A stretch of DNA of 64,000 nt, taken from the NCBI GenBank assembly GCA_965200965.1, contig OZ241744.1, forward strand, positions 544,001 to 608,000, in the 5' to 3' direction. A model generated the notes under the pieces. It had not been told where the DNA came from and did not search any database. It was given only the letters and a program-made list of their open reading frames with translations. Both the position numbers and the translations under genes were made by a program. The stretch is from an uncultured Candidatus Binatia bacterium. Its GTDB lineage: Bacteria; Desulfobacterota; Binatia; Bin18. Shown piece after piece: positions 38,498 to 47,486 of the stretch; position 1 is the stretch's first letter, and each line of letters begins with the position of its first letter.

Positions 38498-39790
38498 ATG
38501 GTGAGACCTTTAGAAGGCGTGCGTGTGGCTGACCTGACTTGGCTGCTGGCCGGGGCCGGTGGTCCGCGTCTGCTGGCCAGCCTGGGAGCCGAGATCCTGC
38601 GTGTCGAGTGGCGCGACCGGCTTGATTTTCTGCGCTATATGCCCCCATTTGCCCCGATGAAGAATGAAGAGCGAGAAAAATCCGGGGCTATGGAACTCAG
38701 CAGCCTCAGCAAAGACAGCGTCCAGAGCGTCAATCGGGGCGGCTATTTCAACGATATCAATGCCGGCAAAAAGGGTCTGAGCCTGAACATGGGGCATCCC
38801 AAAGGCCGAGATCTGTTCAAGCGGATTGTCGCCATCAGCGACGTGGTCGTCGAAGCGTTTACCGCTGAGACGATGCGCAAATGGGGGCTTGGTTATGAGC
38901 AGTTGAGAGGGATCAAGCCGGATATTATCTACATCCAGCAGCCAGGCTGGGGATATAAAGGTCCCTACGTCAAATTTGCCTCCTACGGTCCCATTGCCCA
39001 AGCGGTCAGCGGGCTGACCGAACAGTCGGGCTTGCCGTCCCCGTATCCGCCCGCGGGTTGGGGCTACTCATACATGGATTGGAGTGGTGCCTACTACTGC
39101 GCGTTGACCATACTGTGTGCGATGTACTACAAGAAGCGGACCGGAAAGGGCCAGTATGTTGACTGCTCTCAGGTCGAACCGGGTATCTATATGACTGGAA
39201 CCGCCCTGCTGGACGCGCTTACTAACAAGCGCCCGTCACAGCGAACCGGCAACCGCTCGCCAAACACCCCGGCGGCTCCGCACGGGGCCTACCGCTGTTG
39301 CGGGGAGGATCGCTGGATCGCCATTGCCGTCACCAGCGAAGAGGAGTGGCGCGCCCTGGTGCGGGTGATGGGTCAGCCGGAGTGGGCCCAAGACGCCCGT
39401 TTTGGCTCCCTGGCCGCCCGTATTATCAATCAGGACGCGCTCGATCAGCTGGTGACAGCGTGGACCACAGACAACGATCCGTTTGTCTTGCAGGAAGACT
39501 TACAGCGGGCCGGTGTGCCGGCGGGCGTGTGTCAGACCGCCCAAGACCGGATTGAGCGCGACCCGCAGTTGAAGCATCTTGAATGGCTCATTCCACTGCC
39601 GCATAGCGAGATTGGAACTTGGCCGGTCAAAAACGTGCCGTTCCATTTTGCCACGGCAACGGTCAACCAGGGCGGCCCGACCGAACGGGGGGCACCGTGT
39701 TATGGTGAAGACAATGACTATGTGTATGGCGAGTTGCTACACCTGAGTCAGGCAGAACGAGACGCCTTGACCAAAGAAGGCGTTATCTGA
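38498..39790 (+). CDS. CaiB/BaiF CoA-transferase, catalytic subunit
   Basis: PLEGVRVADLTW, INAGKKGLSLN, SYMDWSGA, APCYGEDN. Confidence 0.9.
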   Translation: MVRPLEGVRVADLTWLLAGAGGPRLLASLGAEILRVEWRDRLDFLRYMPPFAPMKNEEREKSGAMELSSLSKDSVQSVNRGGYFNDINAGKKGLSLNMGHPKGRDLFKRIVAISDVVVEAFTAETMRKWGLGYEQLRGIKPDIIYIQQPGWGYKGPYVKFASYGPIAQAVSGLTEQSGLPSPYPPAGWGYSYMDWSGAYYCALTILCAMYYKKRTGKGQYVDCSQVEPGIYMTGTALLDALTNKRPSQRTGNRSPNTPAAPHGAYRCCGEDRWIAIAVTSEEEWRALVRVMGQPEWAQDARFGSLAARIINQDALDQLVTAWTTDNDPFVLQEDLQRAGVPAGVCQTAQDRIERDPQLKHLEWLIPLPHSEIGTWPVKNVPFHFATATVNQGGPTERGAPCYGEDNDYVYGELLHLSQAERDALTKEGVI

Positions 39791-39806
39791 AGAAGGAGGA
39801 TGTCTC

Positions 39807-41489
39807 ATGTCGTACGATTTACTCATTAAAAACGGGACCGTGGTTGACGGGACCGGAGCACCGAGTTACCGGGCCGATGTCGCGGTAGCCGACGGGAAAA
39901 TTGCCGCTATCGGCACAATTACAGATGGAGCAAAGAAGACGCTCGACGCTTCAGACCTGATTGTTGCGCCGGGCTTTGTCGATCCCCACACCCACTATGA
40001 CGCCCAGATCTGCTGGGACCCACTGATCACCTCGTCCTCGTGGCACGGCGTGACCAGCCTGGTGATGGGCAACTGTGGGGTCGGGCTGGCCCCGTGCAAG
40101 CCTGAGAATCAGGAGATTGCTGCTTGGGACCTAGTCAACGTTGAGGCGATTCCGTTTGAGGTGCTGGGCAAGGGCGTGACCTGGGACTGGACGACCTTTC
40201 CCGAGTACATGGACGCCGCGGCCAAGCGCGGGTCCGGCATCAACCTCGGCTTTATGGCTCCGCTGACCCCTTTCCGGCACTGGGTGATGGGCGAAGACTC
40301 AATGGAACGGGCGGCAACTCCAGAGGAGCGGGCCCAGATCAAGGCGCTGATTAAAGAGGCAGTCGCCGCCGGCGCGTTTGGCTTTTCCACCACCAACGTG
40401 GCCCAGCACATCGGCTACAAGGGCCGGCCGATTGCGTGTCGGCAGGCCGATTGGAACGAACTCAAAGCCTACGCCAACGCGCTCAAGGAACTCGGCAGAG
40501 GCTCGATCGAGCTGGCGCTGACCAACGATGTCTCGGTGGTTGACGAGACCGATTACGCGCTGCTGGACATGCTGGTGACTGAGAGCGCCCGGCCAGTGAC
40601 CTGGCTGGCGCTGCTCAACCGTGACGACAAACCGGAAGCGGCGATGAACACCCTGCGGGCGGTTGAGCCGCTGTTCAACAAAGGCGCGATTCCGCAGGTG
40701 ACGTGTCGGCCGCTGATCATCCAGATTGATCTGCGCAAACCGTTTATCTTCGCCAACCTGCCGTGCTGGAAGCCGGCCTTTGACCGGCCGGTCGAGGAGC
40801 AGAAGCGGTTCTACCAGGATGAAAAGTTCCGGGCCGAGTTCCGTAAAGAGATGGAAACCCCCAAGGTTTTCAACGGCAAATGGGAACGGGCAATTGTCCA
40901 CGTTGCCACCAAGCCCGAATTGCAGGCCCTGGTCGGTCAGAGCGTGGCCGAAATCGCCAGGCAACGTGGCAAAGACGGCCTCGATACATTCCTGGATCTG
41001 TGCATTGAGGACGACCTCCAACTCGAATACACCTATGAGTTGTTCAACGCCGACGAAAACCGGATTCCTGAGCTCATCACCCACGACCAGGTGATGGTCG
41101 GTCTGTCCGACGGCGGGGCCCACGTTGATATGCTGTGCGACGCCGGCTACTGCACCTATCTGCTCGGCACCTGGGTGCGCGACCGTCAGGTCATGAGCCT
41201 GGAGCACGCCGTCAAGCGGATTACCTCTGAGCCGGCGGCCTTCTACGGCCTCACCACCCGGGGCAAAATTGAGCAGGGTTTGGCGGCCGACTTTGCCATC
41301 TTCGACCTCAATACGGTTGGGTCAAAGAAGCGGGGTGAGATGCGGACCGACCTGCCCGGCGGCGGCCGGCGTCTGGTCATGCCGGCCGAAGGTGTCATGC
41401 ATACCGTCGTGAACGGCTCGGTCCTGTACGAGGATCAGAAACACACCGGTGTGCTGCCCGGTCAGGTCCTGCGTTCGGGCCAAGCGTAG
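39807..41489 (+). CDS. N-acyl-D-amino-acid deacylase family amidohydrolase
   Basis: DLLIKNGTVVDGTG, PGFVDPHTHYD, GNCGVG, LSDGGAH. Confidence 0.9.
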   Translation: MSYDLLIKNGTVVDGTGAPSYRADVAVADGKIAAIGTITDGAKKTLDASDLIVAPGFVDPHTHYDAQICWDPLITSSSWHGVTSLVMGNCGVGLAPCKPENQEIAAWDLVNVEAIPFEVLGKGVTWDWTTFPEYMDAAAKRGSGINLGFMAPLTPFRHWVMGEDSMERAATPEERAQIKALIKEAVAAGAFGFSTTNVAQHIGYKGRPIACRQADWNELKAYANALKELGRGSIELALTNDVSVVDETDYALLDMLVTESARPVTWLALLNRDDKPEAAMNTLRAVEPLFNKGAIPQVTCRPLIIQIDLRKPFIFANLPCWKPAFDRPVEEQKRFYQDEKFRAEFRKEMETPKVFNGKWERAIVHVATKPELQALVGQSVAEIARQRGKDGLDTFLDLCIEDDLQLEYTYELFNADENRIPELITHDQVMVGLSDGGAHVDMLCDAGYCTYLLGTWVRDRQVMSLEHAVKRITSEPAAFYGLTTRGKIEQGLAADFAIFDLNTVGSKKRGEMRTDLPGGGRRLVMPAEGVMHTVVNGSVLYEDQKHTGVLPGQVLRSGQA

Positions 41490-41553
41490 CATCAGCAGGC
41501 GGCTGGGCCTGTTAGCGAGCCGAGCCGCCTGCTCCCCACGAGAGGGGAAGAGC

Positions 41554-41604
41554 ATACTGAAGCGTTTCTTGCATGTCGCTATCAATGTCCGGGACGTGGA
41601 ACGC
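41554..41604 (+). pseudogene. 5' stub of a VOC gene
   Basis: GAGGGGAAG RBS, then ATA(M?)LKRFLHVAINVRDVER, homologous to MLTRLFHVNVCVTDMER of the intact VOC at 42922. Confidence 0.55.
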
Positions 41605-41961
41605 TTGCATTTGCTCTCTTCCTTTTTTGCTTGCGGTTTGTTTCTGGTTATTCTTTTTCTCTGGTATACTTTGTACCAATTCTCCTGTCTGGCCCTCATC
41701 CTGCCAATGTTGATGTATCTCGCCATATTTTATGGAGGGCTGGAGAGTCTACTGGAAAGAAAAAATTTCGTTCTCGACTACTATCTCCGACGCGATTCCT
41801 CTTTTCGTCAATGCTTTCAGCGTAAACGATTGGCTGTGGTATTCTGTTTGATTGTTTCCGTGCCACTGGCTTGGCTTCTCATGGCGTCTGTAGTAATCTC
41901 TCGTCCGATTGAACGGTTTATTTCGGGTTTGTTCAAGGGCTGGGAGGATCAATCCTGTTGA
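41605..41961 (+). pseudogene. 5'-truncated AT-rich membrane protein fragment
   Basis: Three hydrophobic segments fused in frame to the VOC stub, with no start or RBS of its own. Confidence 0.4.
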
Positions 41962-42024
41962 CCATCCGGGCAATTGAAAAATACCGAAAGCCGGAAACCG
42001 GCATCAGGGATTAAGGAGGAAAGT

Positions 42025-42906
42025 ATGAAAAAGTCGAAGCGGGGAATGAACTCGTATCTCCTGTGGATAATGCTCGCCGCTCCCATATCTCTTGTTGTCA
42101 CATTTCTGACTGGTTGTGGGGAATCACAAACAGAAGAACTGCGGGCGCAAGCAGAGCAGAAAAAAGGGTCTATTTTGAGAAACGTTCTTCGCCCGGAATT
42201 GTTCGGAAGGACTGACAAAGCCATCCATGAAGAAATCGATCTGGCATTCGAGCCAATATATTCAGGAGTTCCTGAATTTCTCAATTGGCATTATTCCGTC
42301 CTCGGACAGTATCAGCAGCTCAGCGCCGCTGTTCTCGGGGAGTCGGAAAGCGAAGCGAAATCACGTTTATTTTCAGGCGTAAATGAACGGCTCGAAAGCG
42401 CGTCCGAGAAAATCGACGGGGTATTTGAGGACGAATTCCGTTCTTTGATATCGCAAAAAATACAGGACGAAGCTCAGACGGTAGACGAGGCCGCCAGGGC
42501 CACTTACGAGAGCCTGCTGAACGAAGTAATGTCGGATTCCATCCAGCGATTCAGCTCATCTGCTCCTTTCTCGGGTCACGCTGTTTCGGAATTTATTCGT
42601 AACAAAGCTGTTTTTGACCGAATTGCCAAAGAAGTGGTCAAAAAAATAGCCGCGGCAGTCGAGAAAAAAGCAGCAACAGTGGCACGGGGGGGTGCAGCAG
42701 GAGCGGCGGTACCGGTACCAGGTGGAACAGGGGTTGGAGCGATAATTGGATCAGTGGTGGCATGGCTCGGGGATGAATATTTGCCTCGGGACGAATTTGA
42801 ACAAGAACTCATTACGCTTATTGACAAGGCAAAGGCTGACCTGAAGAGTGATCTGGAATCTTCACGATCCAAGACTCTGGCCAAGGTGACCCCTGCTCAA
42901 CTCTGA
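42025..42906 (+). CDS. Hypothetical lipoprotein, helical, with glycine-zipper-like segment
   Basis: AAGGAGG RBS, lipobox LTG-C, EFLNWHYS, GGAAGAAVPVPGGTGVGAIIGSVVAWLG. Confidence 0.65.
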   Translation: MKKSKRGMNSYLLWIMLAAPISLVVTFLTGCGESQTEELRAQAEQKKGSILRNVLRPELFGRTDKAIHEEIDLAFEPIYSGVPEFLNWHYSVLGQYQQLSAAVLGESESEAKSRLFSGVNERLESASEKIDGVFEDEFRSLISQKIQDEAQTVDEAARATYESLLNEVMSDSIQRFSSSAPFSGHAVSEFIRNKAVFDRIAKEVVKKIAAAVEKKAATVARGGAAGAAVPVPGGTGVGAIIGSVVAWLGDEYLPRDEFEQELITLIDKAKADLKSDLESSRSKTLAKVTPAQL

Positions 42907-42921
42907 ACACAGGAGGGAAGT

Positions 42922-43371
42922 ATGCTGACTCGTTTATTTCACGTCAACGTGTGCGTCACCGATATGGAGCGCTCGATCAGCTTTTATGAAAAGCTGGGTT
43001 TCACCAAGGTCAACGATTTCGTCCTGGACGATCCGACCGTCGGTGATGCGCTGGGGCTCAAGGCCCGGAAGCTGCGTGGGATGTTTATGCGTTTGGGTGA
43101 CGACGAGAACGCGCCGGTGCTCGACCTGGTACAGTTCATCGATCCGCCAACGCAAGGCACGCCGTATCCGACGCTCAACAACGTTGGAATCTGCCGGATC
43201 GCCTTCACGGTGGACGACATCGACAAGACCTACGCCGAGCTGCAAGAAATGCGGGTCAACTTTGTGGCACCGCTCAAGAAGATTGACGGCCCGGGTGGAG
43301 CAAGCATTGGGGTGGTGTGCTTCAAGGACCCGGACGGGACCATCCTGGAGCTGATCAGCGGGATGGAGTGA
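42922..43371 (+). CDS. VOC / glyoxalase family protein
   Basis: HVNVCVTDMERSISFY, RIAFTVDDI, FKDPDGTILEL. Confidence 0.88.
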   Translation: MLTRLFHVNVCVTDMERSISFYEKLGFTKVNDFVLDDPTVGDALGLKARKLRGMFMRLGDDENAPVLDLVQFIDPPTQGTPYPTLNNVGICRIAFTVDDIDKTYAELQEMRVNFVAPLKKIDGPGGASIGVVCFKDPDGTILELISGME

Positions 43372-43384
43372 TGAGATACGAAGC

Positions 43385-45238
43385 ATGCCCGTAACGTTCC
43401 ACGAAAAAGGGGGCAGCATGGAACGCAGCTTTGATCCCATTCTGGTTGAGGTGATTAAGAACGAACTGGCCTCAATTACCGAGGAGATGGCGATTGCGGT
43501 GTGGAAAACCGGCCGCTCGGCAATGGTCAAGACCGGCGACTTTGCCACCGCTGTCTGCGACGGCCAGGGCCGACTGCTCGGCCAGGGCTATGCCGCGCCG
43601 TTTCAGTTGGCGTTCTTCATGGCAATGATGCCCTACCTGCTGGAAAAGTTCGGCGGCACGTTTCAACCCGGCGACGTGGTGGTGGTCAACGACCCGTATG
43701 CCGGCGTGACCCATATGCCGGATGTGGTGATCATTGCTCCGGCCTTTTGGCGCGATCACCTCGTCGCCTTCACCCTGGCCTACTCCCACCATACCGATAT
43801 TGGCGGCCGTTTTCCGGGTGGGTTCAGCAGCCAGTGTACAGAAACCTTTGAAGAGGGCCTGCGGCTGCCGATGGTCAAGCTGTACCAGGCTGGAGAACGC
43901 AACACCGGCTTGCTGGATATAATTTTGGCCAATGTCCGGGTGTCGGATGAGTGGCTGGGCGATGTGGAAGCCAAGGTTGCCGGCTGCTGGCGGGGTGAGC
44001 AGGAACTCCGCTGCCTGCTGGATAAATATGGTCTGCCAACCTACCAATCCTCGTGCGATTATCTCATCGACTACGCCGAGCAGGCCACCCGAGCGGCGCT
44101 GCGCCAGATTCCGCCCGGAGAATATGTCCACGAAGATGTGTTTGAAGACGACGGCTTTGGCACCGAGAGTGCAGCCCTGGCCCTCAAGCTGAGCTTGCGC
44201 ATTGCCGGAGATACGCTGACCGCGGATTTTACCGGCACCAGCCCCCAGGCCAGAGGCGCGATCAACCTCCCGCTCAGCATGACCAAGGCGACGGTCTTTG
44301 GGGCGGTCAAGAGCATCGTCAGCCCGGACGTGCTGCCCAATGTCGGGTTTATCCGACCCATCACCGTGGTCGCCGAACCCGGCTCCCTGGTCAATCCCCA
44401 ATTTCCTGCCGCGGTCGGCGGCCGGGCCCCGCTGTTCTTTCGCGTGTTTGACATGCTGTTCCGCGCCCTGGCCAAGGCCCTGCCCGAGCGTGTGCCTATT
44501 CCGGGCGAGGGCGGCGATGTGTTGCACCTGACCGGACAGAAAGCCGACGGCAGGCCGTATGCCATGATGGATATCTTCTTTGGCGGCTGGGGCGGACGGC
44601 CCCACAAAGACGGCATTGACGGCGTTGCCCCCATGTCCTTCGGTTCATACGGCACTATCCCAGCCGAACTGCTGGAGCGCGAGTATCCGGTTGTTATCGA
44701 CGGCTTCGGCTATGTGCCAGACACGGCCGGGCCGGGCAAGTATCGGGGCTCCTTATCGATCTACAAGCAGTGGCGTTTTCTGCGCCCGGGCAAGGCAATG
44801 GTCCGTACCAACAGGCTGTTGCGGGCGTCTGAGGGCATGGCCGGGGGTCAGCCGGGTGGCCTGTCTACCAATATCTTGCACTCGGGCGACACCAAGCAAG
44901 AACTCCCGCGCAAAGCCCATATGCACCTGGACGTGGGGCCGGGCGACAGCATCTACCATGTTGTGTGCGCGTCCGGCGGCCACGGGAACCCCTTTGAGCG
45001 CGAGCCCGAGAAGGTCCTGACCGATGTCAAAGACGAGAAGCTGACCGTTGCCGGCGCGCGGGAGCAGTACGGGGTGGTGATCGATCCCCAAGCCGTCACA
45101 ATTGACTGGAAGCAGACGCGGGCTGTGCGCCAGGCACGTCTCGAGCCGCTGGCCGCGGTAGATCAGGATGGGAGGAGCCGCCGCCCGAACCGCCCTCCAC
45201 CGGGGGCTGCGATCCCGAGATTCGAGACGGGCGGCTAG
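43385..45238 (+). CDS. Hydantoinase B / 5-oxoprolinase subunit
   Basis: DPILVEVI, NDPYAGVTHMPD, HHTDIGG, EEGLRLP, AGPGKYRG, GGHGNPFER. Alternative ATG at 43418. Confidence 0.9.
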   Translation: MPVTFHEKGGSMERSFDPILVEVIKNELASITEEMAIAVWKTGRSAMVKTGDFATAVCDGQGRLLGQGYAAPFQLAFFMAMMPYLLEKFGGTFQPGDVVVVNDPYAGVTHMPDVVIIAPAFWRDHLVAFTLAYSHHTDIGGRFPGGFSSQCTETFEEGLRLPMVKLYQAGERNTGLLDIILANVRVSDEWLGDVEAKVAGCWRGEQELRCLLDKYGLPTYQSSCDYLIDYAEQATRAALRQIPPGEYVHEDVFEDDGFGTESAALALKLSLRIAGDTLTADFTGTSPQARGAINLPLSMTKATVFGAVKSIVSPDVLPNVGFIRPITVVAEPGSLVNPQFPAAVGGRAPLFFRVFDMLFRALAKALPERVPIPGEGGDVLHLTGQKADGRPYAMMDIFFGGWGGRPHKDGIDGVAPMSFGSYGTIPAELLEREYPVVIDGFGYVPDTAGPGKYRGSLSIYKQWRFLRPGKAMVRTNRLLRASEGMAGGQPGGLSTNILHSGDTKQELPRKAHMHLDVGPGDSIYHVVCASGGHGNPFEREPEKVLTDVKDEKLTVAGAREQYGVVIDPQAVTIDWKQTRAVRQARLEPLAAVDQDGRSRRPNRPPPGAAIPRFETGG

Positions 45239-45270
45239 TCGCCCTACAGCCTGTCCTGCAAGACCCACAC

Positions 45271-45384
45271 CCCTCTCCGCTGGACATTCGTATGTGGTGA
45301 GGGATGTTCCTTCTGCAAGGGCCTTGGACGAGAAGATTTGCTGGCCCTCTCCGCTGGACATTCGTATGTGGTGAGGGATGTTCC
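45271..45384. repeat. Two identical 40-bp palindromic direct repeats separated by a 34-bp spacer
   Basis: CCCTCTCCGCTGGACATTCGTATGTGGTGAGGGATGTTCC at 45271-45310 and 45345-45384. Confidence 0.92.
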
Positions 45385-45396
45385 CCTATGGGTGCT

Positions 45397-45822
45397 TCAG
45401 GGACTGAGGAGTTTGGAGAGCGGCTCAATCAGCCCGAGGGCCACGAGCAGCCCAACCAGGACCAGCACGATATTAAGGGTGAACCGCAGGCCGTCGAACT
45501 TGGCCTCCAAGGTCTCGAACTTGGTCTCCAGGACCTTGAAGTCGGTCTGTAATACGCTGACCTTCTCCCCCAAGGCGTCGAACCTCCCCTCCAAGATTCC
45601 GAACTTTCCTTCTAAGGCGTCGAACCGTCCCTCCAAGGCGTCGAACTTGTCCTCCAGAGTTTTGAAGTCGGTCTGTAAGGCCGTAAAGTCGGCCTTGGAG
45701 GGGAGTTGCTCGGTCAGCTCGTCGCCCAGGACCCGGGCCAGGGCTTCGGCCTGCGCTCCGGCAAAGCCTGCCTCTTTGAGGCGGTCGGCAAAGCGGAGGG
45801 TGTTGATCAGCGTCTGGCTCAT
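45397..45822 (-). CDS. DUF1640/CCDC90-like coiled-coil protein with heptad repeats and C-terminal TM
   Basis: INTLRFADRLKEAGF..QAEALA, SKADF, 21-bp repeats (KFDALEG/RFDALEG), hydrophobic tail. Confidence 0.75.
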   Translation of the reverse strand: MSQTLINTLRFADRLKEAGFAGAQAEALARVLGDELTEQLPSKADFTALQTDFKTLEDKFDALEGRFDALEGKFGILEGRFDALGEKVSVLQTDFKVLETKFETLEAKFDGLRFTLNIVLVLVGLLVALGLIEPLSKLLSP

Positions 45823-45897
45823 GGGCTTGTGCTCGGACCGATCGATCCTGGTCCGTACAGACTCGCTGTTGCAACTGCAATCAGGGAAAACACGCTA

Positions 45898-45946
45898 AGG
45901 ACGACTTGTCTCACCCGGTCGAGAGGAAGGCGAGACGAGTCGTCCT
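45898..45946. terminator. Stem-loop downstream of the DegP/DegQ gene
   Basis: AGGACGACTTGTCTC-N19-GAGACGAGTCGTCCT, 15-bp stem with one mismatch. Confidence 0.45.
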
Positions 45947-46033
45947 CTGGTTCGTTGGACCAAGCTGGGGATGATCAGTGGGCGTTCAACGTAGAGTTCA
46001 TGAGCGTTTATGGATTCTCGCTTTGGCTGACAA

Positions 46034-47455
46034 TCAGCCCGATTTCTTGAGGGCGAAGAAGGAGGTAAAGGTTCCCCGACGGGCCAGGACGAGCAGGGTG
46101 TCGGTGTCTTTCTGCTCGGCGACGGCCTTGCTGAACTCCTCAACCGAGGCCACTGCTTTGCGGTTGACTTCTTCAATCACGTCGCCGGGCTGGATGCCGG
46201 CCACGGCCGCGGGGCTGCCGGGTTCGACCGCAGTCACGACCACGCCCCTGCGGTTGGTGTCAAGCTGGAACCGGCGGGCGATACCGGGGGTGATGTTCGC
46301 CACGGTCATGCCCCAGCTTTCCTGGTCGACCCAGACCGGTCTGCCGCCGGCCATCTGCTCGGGCAGTTCACCGAGTTTGACCGAGATGTCTTGTTGCTGG
46401 CCGCTACGCAGCAGGGTGACGGTTGCCTCGGAGCCAATCGGGGCTTCGGCTACCAGGGCCGGCAGGTCGCGTGAGTCGTTGATCGTCTGGCCATTAAAAG
46501 CAGTGATGACATCGCCCCGCTCCAAGCCGGACTGCTGGGCCGGTCCGCCCTCGCTGACCTCAGCAATCAACGCGCCTTTGGGCTCGTCAAGGCCAAAGGA
46601 GTCGGCCAACTCTTTGGTCACCGGCTGGATCATGACACCGAGCCAGCCACGGGTGACTTTGCCGCTCTCTCGGAGTTGGGCAATAATTGACTTGGCCTGA
46701 CCGATGGGAATGGCAAAGCCAATGCCGATATTGCCCCCGCCCTGGCTGAAGATAGCTGAGTTGATGCCGACGACCTCGCCCTTGAGGTTGAGCAGTGGGC
46801 CGCCGGAGTTACCCGGATTGATGGAGGCGTCGGTCTGAATAAAGTCGTCGTAGGGGCCGGCCCCAATCACCCGGCCTTTGGCGCTGACAATGCCGACGGT
46901 GACGGTCTGCTCCAGGCCGAACGGGTTGCCGATGGCCATCACCCAGTCCCCGACCTGGAGGGCTTCGGAATCGCCTAGGGGGATAGCGGTCAGCCGGTTG
47001 CTGGGCTCGATCTTAATCAGGGCCAGATCGGTCCGCTGGTCCGAGCCGATGACGGTTGCCTGGTATTCCTCTTTGTCTGACAGGCGAACGGTGATCTTCT
47101 CCGCCTCGCCAATGACGTGATTATTGGTGACAATGTAGCCGTCCTGGCTGATGATGAAGCCGGAGCCGAGGCTGCGGGGCTGGTCCGGCGGCGGGTCTGG
47201 AAAGAAACGCCGGAAGAACTCCTCAAACGGGTCTTCGCCGCCAAACGGGCCGGGCCGGCGTGGGCGGCTGCGGCGCTTTTGGGTGGTGGAGATATTCACC
47301 ACCGAGCGCTTGGCTTTTTTGGCGGTGTTAACCAGCGGGGGCAGGCTGCCCGGGAGGGGTAGGGCGACGGCCGGGGCTGGCTCGTGATCTGAGGCAGAGG
47401 CCGCGGGGGTGAGTGTCCAGAGCAGCAGACCAAGGGCGAGAACAGTATGACGCAT
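46034..47455 (-). CDS. Do/DegP/DegQ serine endoprotease with two PDZ domains
   Basis: SLGSGFII, TNNHV, TDLAL, INPGNSGGPL, RGWLGV. Signal peptide from ATG 47455. Confidence 0.93.
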   Translation of the reverse strand: MRHTVLALGLLLWTLTPAASASDHEPAPAVALPLPGSLPPLVNTAKKAKRSVVNISTTQKRRSRPRRPGPFGGEDPFEEFFRRFFPDPPPDQPRSLGSGFIISQDGYIVTNNHVIGEAEKITVRLSDKEEYQATVIGSDQRTDLALIKIEPSNRLTAIPLGDSEALQVGDWVMAIGNPFGLEQTVTVGIVSAKGRVIGAGPYDDFIQTDASINPGNSGGPLLNLKGEVVGINSAIFSQGGGNIGIGFAIPIGQAKSIIAQLRESGKVTRGWLGVMIQPVTKELADSFGLDEPKGALIAEVSEGGPAQQSGLERGDVITAFNGQTINDSRDLPALVAEAPIGSEATVTLLRSGQQQDISVKLGELPEQMAGGRPVWVDQESWGMTVANITPGIARRFQLDTNRRGVVVTAVEPGSPAAVAGIQPGDVIEEVNRKAVASVEEFSKAVAEQKDTDTLLVLARRGTFTSFFALKKSG

Positions 47456-47486
47456 GATTGCTCGGCTCCTCTTGCCGGGGGCTGTT

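Noticed and set aside
45271-45384. Annotating the repeat pair as a CRISPR array
   Set aside because: Only two repeats, no cas genes, no AT-rich leader and no recognised repeat family. Kept as a repeat and a finding.
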